Shown one piece after another: positions 43,603-54,846 of a DNA stretch of 64,000 bases. The notes under the pieces were generated by a model. It did no database searches and was not told the DNA's origin. It saw only the letters and a list, made by a program, of their open reading frames with translations. This DNA comes from Carpediemonas membranifera BICM (Eukaryota; Protista; Fornicata), in NCBI GenBank assembly GCA_019828565.1, contig JAHDYR010000003.1, forward strand, positions 62,001-126,000. Reading direction: 5' to 3'. Every line of letters starts with the position of its first letter. Positions within the stretch are counted from its first letter, which is position 1. Both the position numbers and the translations under genes were made by a program.

Positions 43603-43878
43603 AGTTTTCTACTCTTTCGGTTCATACGGTGTGCGGCGTGCAGTGGGGGCGACAGCAGCGACCCGGTCGACCCTTGTTGAACTTCGTGAGTACGAACGAT
43701 GACCTTTATGTGCGATGGCCTTGACATCGCCAGGTCTCCACTGGGGCAAGTCTACTACTCACCCAGCCATAGCTCACACGTGTTATGCAAAGGGTTTGCC
43801 GATCGATCACTGTGAAACCCTGGTAACACCATCAGAAACTCGAGACACGGTGCGGTGTTTACAACGGATACGGCCATC

Positions 43879-44352
43879 TCATCCGAACGGGTGGAACGTC
43901 ATAAGATGAGTGTTTAGCTCCATCTTGCTCTTGCACGCGAACCCGCAGCACTGGCACAGATAGCTGCGACGGGACGGCTGCTGCTCAAAGGCGATGAACT
44001 CCTGGAAATCGTCAACCGGGCTTGCTTCTGCGAGCTCGACGTCGACTTCATACTCGCGAGGTCTGTCCAGCTGGTCCGCGAATTGGGCGGCAAGCTCGAG
44101 GATCTGCTCCTGACTGACGTTTCCTCCAGTGTTTTCGCTAATGTTGTCGACAAGCGACATAATATAGTCTAAGAATACGTCTCCATGGCGTCTGAGGATG
44201 TGTCGTTGCCCCCTGCGGCTCTTTGCGTATCGGCGGCCACAAATAACACATCTGTGCATCATTTCGTCCCCGTACTCTTCTGGGAAGTCTACTTCTAGTG
44301 TGTCGTGCATGAATTGGTCCAGCACGACCCCCATTATCCTGTCCATCTCCAT
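43879..44352 (-). CDS. C2H2 zinc-finger protein (2 fingers)
   Basis: CVICGRRY...RHILRRH and CQCCGF...LNTHLMTFH. Confidence 0.8.
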   Translation of the reverse strand: MEMDRIMGVVLDQFMHDTLEVDFPEEYGDEMMHRCVICGRRYAKSRRGQRHILRRHGDVFLDYIMSLVDNISENTGGNVSQEQILELAAQFADQLDRPREYEVDVELAEASPVDDFQEFIAFEQQPSRRSYLCQCCGFACKSKMELNTHLMTFHPFG

Positions 44353-44600
44353 TTTTGAGGTCGTTCTAATATGTCGCAGCCTAAAACTGCTGGGGCAATC
44401 ATCCACGCGTGACACTTGTGCCCCGCTGCCCCCGCCTGCGTCAGGATGACACATACCGTCTCTACACTGTCCCCCAGGCCTCTCTGTGCCGATGCACTCC
44501 AGCCTTGTCCTGAAGTACACAGAGACGATAGAGTCGAAGACGACGGCGAGAACTCCCCTCCCAGTCCCTCCTGAACGGGGCTCTGGGCCTAGCTTATTGT

Positions 44601-45731
44601 TTACTGCTCCTGTGCCGGTCTCCTCTTCTGCTCCTTCCGCCGCCTGCCCCATAACACCAGCATCACCACCAGCATGGAATACATCAGCGCCACGGAGTAC
44701 ACAGCACTGCCAGTGATCCCGAACTTATGCCCTACAAAGGCATTGATCGGCTTCACATTGCAGTCGATTGCAAAGGGTGCAAGCTGGCCGAAAGGGACTG
44801 AGTATGCCTCCATCGCTGCGGCTCCAAACCAGAGCTCGACTTGCTCGGACATGAAGTGGAGGACATAGTTGCCGATAATGTCCTCAGTGGTGATAAATAA
44901 GAGCATGTAAATCACACCTTGCATCACGTAATTCCCAATCATGAGGAGGATCCCGATAATATCGGAAAAGTTTCCCCGGATGAAGTGGGCGGAGTTCAGG
45001 GCATGCTGTGCAGCGTACAGGATGCCCGACACCAGCGGCATCAGCCACTTGGCGTGATCTGCCCTGAGCCAGATGCTGTGGACGAGCCCTCTGGTGCCAG
45101 TCTCCTCGTCGATGGCACCCAGGACGAGGGTTAGGACCTGTGCGGCGAAGTATGAGATTGTGTATACGACGCCTTTGCTCGAGAAGTCCATATAAGTGTA
45201 GTTGGACATGCAGTCGGAGACGTAGTAGAAGAGGAGCATCGCGGCGTATGTTACGAACACTATGGAGCCTGCTATGATGAACCTAGCGCCCCACATGCGC
45301 GGCGAGGTCCAGCCGTGGATTTGACGGGGGAGGCCGAGATCCGTGAGGGTCGCCTTTGAGACAAATCGGACGAGGATGAAAATCCAGACAATGTCGAGCA
45401 CGGAGGCGACACAGTGGGCAATGAGAGCGGCAAGAGTGAGGTCAACGCCCATGATGGCGCGGCGGAGGCCGGCGACAATGAGTTCGAAGGCGACAATAGA
45501 CACTAGGAGGGCTGAGGAGCGCACGCATTTCCATATTTGCTGGAGGAATGATGGCTGCTCGCCAAGGGTGAACCTCTCGTAACCGCTATGTGCTGCAAGG
45601 CGACGCGTTGGGTTTGCGAGCAGCGCATCGGAAAGGAGAATGATTAGAACGATAAGAAAGAGGATAAGATCGATAACCGATGTATATAAAAGACTAGATA
45701 GCGCCGCAACGACGATATCTTTCACACTCAT
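44601..45731 (-). CDS. CPBP/Abi (CAAX protease type II-like) intramembrane protease
   Basis: DEETGTRG (EExxxRG), LYAAQH, HF motif; many TM helices. Confidence 0.7.
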   Translation of the reverse strand: MSVKDIVVAALSSLLYTSVIDLILFLIVLIILLSDALLANPTRRLAAHSGYERFTLGEQPSFLQQIWKCVRSSALLVSIVAFELIVAGLRRAIMGVDLTLAALIAHCVASVLDIVWIFILVRFVSKATLTDLGLPRQIHGWTSPRMWGARFIIAGSIVFVTYAAMLLFYYVSDCMSNYTYMDFSSKGVVYTISYFAAQVLTLVLGAIDEETGTRGLVHSIWLRADHAKWLMPLVSGILYAAQHALNSAHFIRGNFSDIIGILLMIGNYVMQGVIYMLLFITTEDIIGNYVLHFMSEQVELWFGAAAMEAYSVPFGQLAPFAIDCNVKPINAFVGHKFGITGSAVYSVALMYSMLVVMLVLWGRRRKEQKRRPAQEQ

Positions 45732-46115
45732 CGCCTTCCTCGTTTGCCACAAAGTGTATCCTGCGAAATAGTGAACAGAAGTCTGCGACGATTGAGAGTT
45801 ACTTTACTGCTTGCACTGTGCACTCTATGATACTTCACGCACATACCCCTCCCCGCCTTGGTTGCCGTTGCGTGGACGCGCGTTTTGCTCGAATAAAATG
45901 GGCTGAGTCGAAAAAAAAATGAACAGTCGAAGCTGGTCGCCTGCGGCATATAAAGCCAGTCAGATCTCCTGACGCTGGCCCGTCGAGTTCGGCCAGGTAG
46001 ACATCTGTCCTGCAACCAAGACAATGAACGCCAAGCTACCATTCTGTCGTAACCCTCGCCTTCACCCAACCCCGCATCCGGTTCCGTCATTTTCCGACGA
46101 ACACAGTATTTACAC

Positions 46116-47144
46116 CTAGCCGTCGAGACTCCACCTGATTCTGTCCACGAACACCTTACTCACATCCATGACGACGAACCGGTCGGGGTGGTCCTTCACC
46201 AGGGGATGCTGGGACATGGGGTGTGAGTTTGTCGTGATAAGCGTCGTGATTTGGGAGGCCAGTAACTCGTCAATGACTGTCTCCGAGCACAGGGCGAAGT
46301 GTGAGAGCACGGAGTAAATTTTGGACGCGCCCCGCTCGAGGTAGGCGGTGGCAGCATTCATGAGCGTCCCACCGGACCTCGTCATGTCATCGTAAATGAT
46401 CACAGCCCTGCCGTCCACGTCCCCTATAACTGCATGGACTTCTGTGTGCTCGAAGTTCCTCTTCTTGCTAATAAACGCCAGGTCGGTGTGGAACATCTGG
46501 GCAAATGTTTCGACCCATTTGGCTCGGCCCAGGTCTGCGCTGGCGAACATGAAGCGGGTCTCCCTGCCGTCTACGATCTCAGAGTCGAGGTTGAGCGCCT
46601 TGATTCCCTCGACAAGGATGGACTCGGCATACATCTCGAGGCGGAGGCAAGGGCCCTCGAAGTAGTGCAGGATACCACTCACATGCAGGTCAAGAAGCAG
46701 GAAGATGTTTCCAGATCCGGTGGACGGTATGGCAGACAGCATCCGGGCGTTTTCCTTCGCTGTGACGCACTCGCCCGGCTTGACTGCACGCTCCATCGTG
46801 GAGTAACCCAGGAACGGGATGACGAAGATCCTCTTCTTAGCACCGAGCGACGACATGGTGCAGCCGACCCGAAAGAGCTCAAGGAAGTCTCTGTCATCGA
46901 CGAGCGCGGAAACATAGATGGTAACGCGATCCTCGAGGTCATCGATCTTGCTCAGAGGGGATCCACAAGTTGTCTTGCTGGAGCTGTCGTGGCAGCTCTT
47001 CATATCGATACGATAGTACTGCTCGCCGTCCGAGAACTGGCGTCGGATGATGCTGCCGTGACGACAGTTGCACGACAGGTGCTGTGCTATCAGATCGACG
47101 AGATAAGCGCTCTTCTCGCTGCTAAATAGCACTGGTGTTGGCAT
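46116..47144 (-). CDS. prs: Ribose-phosphate pyrophosphokinase
   Basis: FSDGE, IPFLGYS, LDLH, SADLG, IYDDMTRSGGT, TNSHP. Confidence 0.92.
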   Translation of the reverse strand: MPTPVLFSSEKSAYLVDLIAQHLSCNCRHGSIIRRQFSDGEQYYRIDMKSCHDSSSKTTCGSPLSKIDDLEDRVTIYVSALVDDRDFLELFRVGCTMSSLGAKKRIFVIPFLGYSTMERAVKPGECVTAKENARMLSAIPSTGSGNIFLLLDLHVSGILHYFEGPCLRLEMYAESILVEGIKALNLDSEIVDGRETRFMFASADLGRAKWVETFAQMFHTDLAFISKKRNFEHTEVHAVIGDVDGRAVIIYDDMTRSGGTLMNAATAYLERGASKIYSVLSHFALCSETVIDELLASQITTLITTNSHPMSQHPLVKDHPDRFVVMDVSKVFVDRIRWSLDG

Positions 47145-48400
47145 TGATGAAAGTAATATGTGGTCTACAGCCACGGGTTTTGTGGTGCAACTGCCGCCGG
47201 AATAAACCTTGCAACATTATCGCCCTGGCAGCCGCCCCCAAGTGTTACCGCGGTGCAGGAGAGGGCTGGCCCTTGAGGCAAAGTGCAGGAGACGGGTGTC
47301 ATGACTGATGGGTAGAGTCGACTCAACCTTTACGTGAGCAATCATAAATTGGATAAGTCGACCAGTGTGTCGGGTGCCGTATCAAGGGCCGGCGAGTGTA
47401 TCGTGGTAGCTCTCAACGTCGATACACTCATCGTTCTCAAGCGTTTTATCACTGGGCGGGGATTGTTCCCAGTAGTTGTCAGATTATCAGATCAGCACTG
47501 TTGAATTGGTGTCCATACGTGAACGGCCGCTGAGGCGAACATGCCTCCGGCAGTCATTTGTACGGCAATCTTGCGTTTGTATGTGATAAATTGATCTTAG
47601 ATGTGTGAAAAGTGCTTTGAATAGCAAATCTGACAATTCGGGCAGTTCGGACGAAATGACCCCCCTATTGGAGACATTCCAATGGGGGCTTCACGCCGCG
47701 GACTGCCCTCCCGCATACACTCGCCAACCCCAGCAGCTGCGGGGATCAGTCATGTGTATTTTCTAGGTTCTAACGTCCTAGGTCCATCAGATGTCGCGCG
47801 GCAGTCTCACTGCCTGCGCGCTCCTAGCTAGAAACCGGGTTCCGCGCCGTACAAAGTGGCGCGGCTGTCCAGGTGTGCAGCAAGGGCCAGAGGCCAATGC
47901 AATACCACGCGTTCGAAGACACCGTGGTGCACCGCTTGGATTGACATCATGTGATGGTTGCGGACTTATCTTGTTGCCGCTCCAGGGTCCCGTCGGCGCA
48001 CCTGATTGATGTTGTTTAGTTCGGCACCATGAAGAAACCGAAACATAGCGAAAACGAAATACTGTGCTCTATTCATGGTTAGATGCTAATGAGCGCGAAT
48101 TCAATCAATAGAAGGGCAGGGAACCATTTTCACGGGCGATTACATGAGAATGTCTGAAAAAAAATGACGAGTTCAGCAGAGCGAGCGGCCATGCAGGCTG
48201 CTCCTGGCAGGCAGAGTGCCGATGACCAGGAACAGGCCTGGCCACCAGTCAACTCCATTATTCACCCAGTATGCAACCCGCCACGCCCTGCGTACCAACT
48301 ACCTCAAAGAAACGAGCACACGCCAAACGGGTTTCATAAAACTAAAAACTATTCAATCAACATAGAATGATATGTTTAAACACCCATCGGTCTAGTCAAT

Positions 48401-48937
48401 CTACTCGACGCCGTACATGGCCTCGAGTCTCTGCCTGATCCTCTCCAACTCCCCCGTCTTCTCCATCCTCATAAACTGCTGCTGTGTGAGAGTAATGCAT
48501 ACGGTGCACTGACCTTCAGCCACATGTTGCTCCTGTGGTACCGATCAAACGTCTGTTCCCTGAGGTCGCAGTAGATGTTTCGGCCACGCGTTTGGCCGAC
48601 CTCCGCCTTGATGCGGAAGTAGAGCTCCGCGAGTTCGAGAAGCTCCTCTTCGCTTGGCTGAGCAAAGCTAAGGCTGGGTTTCTCGTGGATTTCGTACCGT
48701 TCACGGCACTGCCTGTTGTCCATGGCGTCGATGGACCGAGAAACTGCGACCCAATCCCCGGTCCCATGCCTGGCGATGCTGCACAGAAGGGCGAAACGGG
48801 ATGCCATGCACCGTTCGAATGCTTTGTGAGAATGAGAGAGAAAGGAACGAACAGACGGCCTCTTGGACCTGCTCCTCAATCCTGGGCAGCGTGTTTTCTT
48901 CCGCGACAGTTGAAAGCTTGTGTGCAGGTGTTCTCAT
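48401..48937 (-). CDS. Myb-domain protein; introns 48822-48852 and 48482-48513
   Basis: HG.GDW..VS......NRQCRERY....KP; two GT-AG mini-introns give a continuous frame. Confidence 0.75.
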
Positions 48938-49033
48938 TCAAAAGTGTTAATCTAACCTCTGTAGAGTGCCTGCTGTGGCTGGTTGGAGGAAAACCAGCGG
49001 TGCACTTTATGATAAAAAGATTGTGGTATTTAG

Positions 49034-49083
49034 AGATGTTTACTGGGGGTTCATGTGAAGAAGGCTTAGGCTGTCAACCCCCC
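49034..49083. repeat. 50-bp dispersed repeat, copy 2
   Basis: 49/50 identical to 20391-20440. Confidence 0.85.
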
Positions 49084-49978
49084 CCGGGATGAACTCCAGG
49101 GGACTAAACAGGTTCAGCCTGACTGCCCACCTGTCATACACCAAAAGGGTAGCGGACATGAGGGCGTCGGCAATGGTAAGGGCGACGGTTCTGGGCTTTA
49201 GACTTAAGTATTCTTATCCTGCGCGGCACAAAGATGTAGCCCTGATGAAGCCTGATCGGGTCAAATGAACCGTCATCAAACTGCAGCCCAGCATTCTCTC
49301 TGATATCAAGTCGTGTGCCATCTAAATTTGGATCTGATACGCATGCTTGCAAATCTAATGATTGAATCAAAATGGCGAGCCGAATCTAAGCGATTCGCAG
49401 TCAGGCATAGGCATCAATTCTCCTTGAAGGATCAAGTTGGCACTGGCGAATGCACTGATGACTTGGGTTGGTGAAAGTCTTGTGAGTCACTGCATCGCAC
49501 AGGCACTCGGGCACTCGGGCAGAGAACTACAGGCGCTTGCTGCGGAAGGCGTAGTATCACATCCGAGCATGCCTTTTGTGGCTAAGTCGGTATACCAGCA
49601 CGACACTCAGGGCCGTACAATCAACACGGCCGAGTCAGAGGGTAAGTTTAGTGGCGGCGGTCTGGGACGGTCGCTCCACGCGTGACCCGTCCCCCACTTA
49701 ATAAATTTCGTCCCTTCGCGTGCTTTTCGGCAGAGTGCATGACTTCCCTTGACTCTGCCCGATTCGCCAGCGACCAAGTCTTCTCTGAAGAACAGGTACC
49801 ATTTCCCCCACCTCCCAAGAGGAGGTCGCTAAGAGAGAGGCCGATCGGCCATACAATGGTGCCATCCTACCGGAGGAATGGTTGGTCCCGGCCGGCCGTG
49901 TCTGACATGGCATGGTTGCTTGACACATTTATAAACCACCGAGACAGAAAGCATTAGTTTAAACAACGAGTCGAGTCC

Positions 49979-51307
49979 TCAAATGGAGTGCATCTGGTTG
50001 AGGAACTGCTGGAACCAGCCCCACTTCTGGCCATCGTTGAGGAGGTCATCGCCCAGGCGGAGCATCGTGAACGACCGGCTCTTAGTCTTGTTGTTGACCT
50101 GCGACAGCACCGTCTGGTACTGGTACCACGAGTTGATGGGCAGCGCGTTCTCCCCACTAAATGCGATCCCGGCCTTCTTCGCGTCGTACTCGACCTGCTC
50201 GACCAGGGAGTAGGGCCGGGAGTAGGGCGGGTTGTTGTCGCCGTCCCTCATCTCGAGGCAGGTGAAGATGATGTCGCAGCCGAGGTCGGCCATCATCTTC
50301 GAGATGTCGAGATAAGTGTCGTGGCCGTCAGTGTTGTAGTAGCCCGTGGTCATCTCGGCAGCGTGGGAGGCATCGCCGTACCACCAGTGGATGCCGGAGA
50401 CCTTGCCGGAGACCACAAGGGAGTTGGGGGCATTGGCAAAGGCGGCCTTGGCAACCTTGAGGACGTCGCGGCCGTGACCGACGAGACGGTCAGAGTACCA
50501 GGTCTGGAAGAAGCGGCCGTACGTCGATGTGTAGCCGCCCTGGAAGAAGCTGGTGCTAGAGGGCCAGCTGTTGTAGTTGCCGGCGTCGTTCGGGGGTGAC
50601 TTCCACTCGGGGTGACCCGCAGCCTTGGCTGCAGTCGCGAAGTCGGCAAGGAGGTACTTGTCGAAGCACTGGAACTCGCCGATGCCAGGGTAGGACCAGT
50701 ACTTCTGCTGGTAGCCGGGGTAGCGCAGCTCGCCGGCGGGACCCATGCCGACCTCGATCTCGTTGAGGGTGCCTGAAGCGAGGTACTGCTTGAAGGCAGC
50801 AGCAAGGGACGACATGTAATCGCTGTACATCTGGACAGCAGTCCGCTTCTGGCCATTGGCGCCGGGGAAGACGGCCTGGTGGTCAGCGGAGAGGGACAGA
50901 TACTCCTCGTCCTCGTGCCCGTCGTGGTCCTTGTAGAGCAGTCCCTCGGCGTGAGCGACGGAGCGAACGAAGGAGGGGATGGGGATGTTGACAGTGTCGC
51001 CAACGTTGCCGCCGCACTGGTGGAAGCTCATGACAAACTGAAGCTTGAGGCCAATCTCCTCGCACATCTCGGCGAGATCGAGGTAGCCTTCCCAGTTGTA
51101 CTTACCGGGCTGATACTCGACGATACCCCACCAAACATCGGTCATAACACCGTCGGTGTTGACAGACTTCAGCTTCTGAAGCTGAGACTTAAGGTTGGAA
51201 GGATTCTTGAGGCTTCCATCGGAGTTGACAAGATCCAGAGGAAGCATAACATTCACCGGGATCGCGATGATCACGGCAAACAGGCACAAGAGCGCAAGAA
51301 GCTTCAT
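49979..51307 (-). CDS. Secreted beta-amylase (GH14)
   Basis: Signal peptide MKLLALLCLFAVIIA; VMLPLD, DVWWG, HQCGGNVGD, GPAGELRYP, IHWWY, FTCLEM, GENAL. Confidence 0.96.
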   Translation of the reverse strand: MKLLALLCLFAVIIAIPVNVMLPLDLVNSDGSLKNPSNLKSQLQKLKSVNTDGVMTDVWWGIVEYQPGKYNWEGYLDLAEMCEEIGLKLQFVMSFHQCGGNVGDTVNIPIPSFVRSVAHAEGLLYKDHDGHEDEEYLSLSADHQAVFPGANGQKRTAVQMYSDYMSSLAAAFKQYLASGTLNEIEVGMGPAGELRYPGYQQKYWSYPGIGEFQCFDKYLLADFATAAKAAGHPEWKSPPNDAGNYNSWPSSTSFFQGGYTSTYGRFFQTWYSDRLVGHGRDVLKVAKAAFANAPNSLVVSGKVSGIHWWYGDASHAAEMTTGYYNTDGHDTYLDISKMMADLGCDIIFTCLEMRDGDNNPPYSRPYSLVEQVEYDAKKAGIAFSGENALPINSWYQYQTVLSQVNNKTKSRSFTMLRLGDDLLNDGQKWGWFQQFLNQMHSI

Positions 51308-51551
51308 CGGATGGTTATGGTTGCTTTGAGATCTAAGCCGTTGACCAAGCTTGACCTTCCAATCACGATCGAACATTGACAATCTATCAGATACATGTCT
51401 GGCGCTCCGCCATCAGATCCAGACCGCGTGGGCAGGCTGTTTGGGATTTGATGGGAAAAGAGTCGACAACACATGACTCCGCAGTGGATCCGACACATTC
51501 CGGCACGGACCTGGGAATAAAAACATTACATGCAGTCTGGGTCGAAATTTA

Positions 51552-53162
51552 CTAACGAGGAGCGATGTATTTGTACATGTCGACAGCCACGAGTTTCACG
51601 AGCTCGTTGAAGTGATCTGGGAGCTGCGTCACCAGCACAGGCGTCTGGATCCACTCAGCGTCCCTCTTCCCGGCCAGATACCACCCATTCCGTGTCCTTA
51701 GCCATGTGGCGTGACCCTCTACCCGCGCCTCGGTCACAGTCTCCGGCAACTCCCACCAGACCAGGGCCCCTTCATGGGAGTCATAGCCAACACCGTGAGA
51801 CATGCCCTCGCTGTCGATGAAGCAATGCATGTGCTCGTCAATGAATGCGATTCTCACATCGCCCACGTCGAGTGTGGTCGGGGGAACGACGACGGTGTCT
51901 GCCTCTTGCTCCAACAAGGGTGACTTAAAGTGCACATAGCCTGAGAACAGCAGGCGTCCGTTGCTGGCGAACACCGTGTTGTTGTAGAGGAACCAGGCGT
52001 AGTCCACGGGGAACCCGACCTCGCGGAACCGCGTGCTCGCTGCCGTGTCGCCGAGCCCCAGCTGACCGTAGTTGTTCCATCCCGCAATCAGCAGCCGTTG
52101 TCCGCACTTTAGCCCAGTGATGTTGGACCCGCCGAAGATGGCGGTGGGGGTGAAGTCGGCGGGCAGGGGGACGGGTGTGAACAGGGGGTACTCGTCGTCG
52201 GGCAGACCCATGCGGCAGCAGTTGTTACGGCCTGCCGCGACCACGCCGACCGGGGTGGAGATGATGGTGACGAACTGGTTGAGGTAGAGTGTAGTCACCA
52301 GCCAGTCCTTGTGCCACGGGGGCAGTCCCCGCTCGTGCTCGGCCACCCTAGGGGCGGCTGGGAAGGTGATGCGGGTCGGGTCACTCTCCACCGTGTCCGT
52401 GCCCAGGCCCATGCAGCCTCGGGCAGACCAACCCCAGCCGAACAGCCCCTTAACAGTGGCGGCCACTGCCCCCATGGCGCCCGGCCACACCTGGACCACG
52501 GGCGGGACACGGACCCGGCCGTACAGCCGCATGTTCTTGTCCCCGCTGCACTGGCCGGCCTTCCTGAAGATGTTCCGGCCTCTAGAGTAGAGTCGGCCCG
52601 CGTAGCAGCGGTAGTGGGTGCCGTAAGTCTCCTCCAATGCCCCGTCCTTCGCAACAATGGACCAGGAGAAGTAGAACTTCCTGCACAAGAACCACAGCTC
52701 CCTTGCGTGCGGCGGATAAGCCGTGCGGTACTTGTGCGGGAGCGGGTCGTCGTCAAGGCAGGGGTCCGCCACACGCTGCATCAGTACTGCCCAAATGGTG
52801 CCATGGAGCATGGTATTGAAGGTATCTGGGAGGTCCTCGTCCTGTTTGAGAGGGATGTTCATGCTTAGATCGCTCGTGGACGGCTGGTTCGTGAGAAAGC
52901 GCACAGCTCGGTGGAGAAGCGCCAGGGCCACAGAATTGTCTATATGAGGCAGGATATCATGTATTAGTAGCTCATCTAGATGGAGAACTGCGCCAGTACT
53001 GCCCTCGTTATCGCCAAATGCCAGCTCTTCATCAAAAACGGCCCTGTATGCTCCGATGATGAGAGAAGGCACGTCCCCGGGAACGCTCTGCGTTGCAACA
53101 ACGGAATTTCGGTGTGCAATCCTAAACACTTCCTTCAGGGCGCCGATGTTTTCTCTCGACAT
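51552..53162 (-). CDS. RCC1/BLIP-II-like repeat protein, paralog of 26013-27716
   Basis: LFGWG..ARGCMGLG, AGWNNYGQLGLG; shared SVPG.(I/V)PSL, GT.WA.LM, LWF.C.KF motifs. Confidence 0.8.
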   Translation of the reverse strand: MSRENIGALKEVFRIAHRNSVVATQSVPGDVPSLIIGAYRAVFDEELAFGDNEGSTGAVLHLDELLIHDILPHIDNSVALALLHRAVRFLTNQPSTSDLSMNIPLKQDEDLPDTFNTMLHGTIWAVLMQRVADPCLDDDPLPHKYRTAYPPHARELWFLCRKFYFSWSIVAKDGALEETYGTHYRCYAGRLYSRGRNIFRKAGQCSGDKNMRLYGRVRVPPVVQVWPGAMGAVAATVKGLFGWGWSARGCMGLGTDTVESDPTRITFPAAPRVAEHERGLPPWHKDWLVTTLYLNQFVTIISTPVGVVAAGRNNCCRMGLPDDEYPLFTPVPLPADFTPTAIFGGSNITGLKCGQRLLIAGWNNYGQLGLGDTAASTRFREVGFPVDYAWFLYNNTVFASNGRLLFSGYVHFKSPLLEQEADTVVVPPTTLDVGDVRIAFIDEHMHCFIDSEGMSHGVGYDSHEGALVWWELPETVTEARVEGHATWLRTRNGWYLAGKRDAEWIQTPVLVTQLPDHFNELVKLVAVDMYKYIAPR

Positions 53163-53398
53163 GTTGAAGAAGCGCTCCTTACCCCGACTCGGGACCGACT
53201 CTCAAGTCAATCTCAGATCCTGAGCAAATCAGGGTGGTGTATTTCATATGGTATCTCTGTTCAGGCTGACTTGGGTCGAGCTGCGCAAGTGTCTCAGCAT
53301 GATGAGGGGTGGGGGTGTCTAATAGCGCTTACCGTACAGCTGAGTGGTTTACTGCTATGATAAACATGTGTAGACTGCCGAAGTTTATTTACACGCGC

Positions 53399-53761
53399 TT
53401 ATACTGGGATGATGGAGGCCAGCGACTCTGCCTTGTGGGTCCGAAGCAGTGCCGGGACCATGCCCGGAGCTATCCGAAGTATCGCGGCAAGTATCATTGC
53501 TGTGGCCGCAAGAGAGACCATGGAGATGGCGTGGCCAAGGGCGACAAGACAGAAGACGACGACGCCGGCAGAGAGACCGGCGTGGAATACGAGTACGATG
53601 AGGAATACTGTTAGTAGCGGATATATGAACATGTTGAAAACAATTGTAACGAGCAAGAAGGAGAATAGTGCCGCTCGGAGCAGAGAAACGCGGAATGATG
53701 ATGAATCGTTGCTCTCGTTGGCGCGAGCGATGACAGAAGCTTGGATATCGACTGAAGACAT
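53399..53761 (-). CDS. Small hydrophobic membrane protein (120 aa)
   Basis: ATG-initiated ORF with long hydrophobic segments. Confidence 0.55.
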   Translation of the reverse strand: MSSVDIQASVIARANESNDSSSFRVSLLRAALFSFLLVTIVFNMFIYPLLTVFLIVLVFHAGLSAGVVVFCLVALGHAISMVSLAATAMILAAILRIAPGMVPALLRTHKAESLASIIPV

Positions 53762-54153
53762 TGTTTGTGCTTTGCTATTCGAATGATGTCCGTAAACTGA
53801 GCATGATCTCTGTCAAAGCGTGAGATGATGCTGGCGCGATCTTCAACAATTGAGTGGAATATTCGATCAGATCTCAAGATTTTGTGAAAGTCACATGGGC
53901 ATGCCAGGGCACAGCTTCCAAGAGACACAAGGCTTGAGTACTCCTGGATGTCATGTCTTTCGCATAATTCCTGGGCAAATCTGACAAATCCGTCAATACA
54001 GCACTCGGCAAGTCTTCTTGGAAGAGGGAAAGTCGCCTATTCCGAGCGTGTATTGCGGCATGGTGGCCTGGGAACCAACGGGGGTAACCTGCGAAATCGT
54101 CTTCGTCATGCGAACCCCGAAAATGGCATCAACAATCTTCGCAACAACCTACT

Positions 54154-54846
54154 ATGGATGAATCCTTTGTCTCACGTCTAACAAAGCGCGTTGGATCTGC
54201 GGCCTTGTACTCTCTCGGCATCGAGGAGCCGTGGACACCGGCCAGCACGCCCAACTCAGTCACTGGCCGCCTTCTCTCACCCAAATCACCCATCGGCGCT
54301 TTCATGAAGTCACCACAAACTGAGTATGTTCAGAAGGCGCGTCATCTTGCACTCAACATCGGCGCTCACGTAATCGTCTTCCTCCTCTGCCTTTCGTACG
54401 GCTATCTGCCCGCATTCATCGGCCTCTTCGTCAATATGGACAGGTCATGGTATCGCTCCCTCCGCCGGCCTCCGCTCACGCCGCCCGGCTGGATCTTTGG
54501 GCCCATGTGGACGTTGCTGTATGCTCTCTACTCCATCACATTGTATAGGTCACTTGTTGAGGCGTTCAACAAGAGGCGGGGGTACATGCTTCCGCTACTA
54601 ACGGTTGTGTTCACGTATGCCCACGTATTCAACATGATCTGGACGCCTCTATACTTCGGATTCAAGCGGCTCGACCTGGCTTTCTTCGACATTGTCCTGC
54701 TGGTGTTCATGAACTATCTGTGCTACGCCACTGCCGGTATGGTGTGGAAGCCGTCGCTCGTGCTTTACCTACCCATGGTGCTGTGGGTCATGTTCGCATG
54801 CTATCTGTCAGCGGCGCTCTACCTTCTGAACGGGCCATCGCCATAA
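54154..54846 (+). CDS. TSPO: TSPO/MBR (translocator protein) family
   Basis: WYRSLRRPPLTPPGWIFGPMWTLLY, N.IWTPLYFG, PMVLWVMFA.YL. Confidence 0.92.
   Translation: MDESFVSRLTKRVGSAALYSLGIEEPWTPASTPNSVTGRLLSPKSPIGAFMKSPQTEYVQKARHLALNIGAHVIVFLLCLSYGYLPAFIGLFVNMDRSWYRSLRRPPLTPPGWIFGPMWTLLYALYSITLYRSLVEAFNKRRGYMLPLLTVVFTYAHVFNMIWTPLYFGFKRLDLAFFDIVLLVFMNYLCYATAGMVWKPSLVLYLPMVLWVMFACYLSAALYLLNGPSP

Noticed and set aside
47655-47695. SECIS element or RNase MRP conserved regions
   Set aside because: No 3' GA for the SECIS quartet; the CR-I-like and CR-V-like motifs are far too close together
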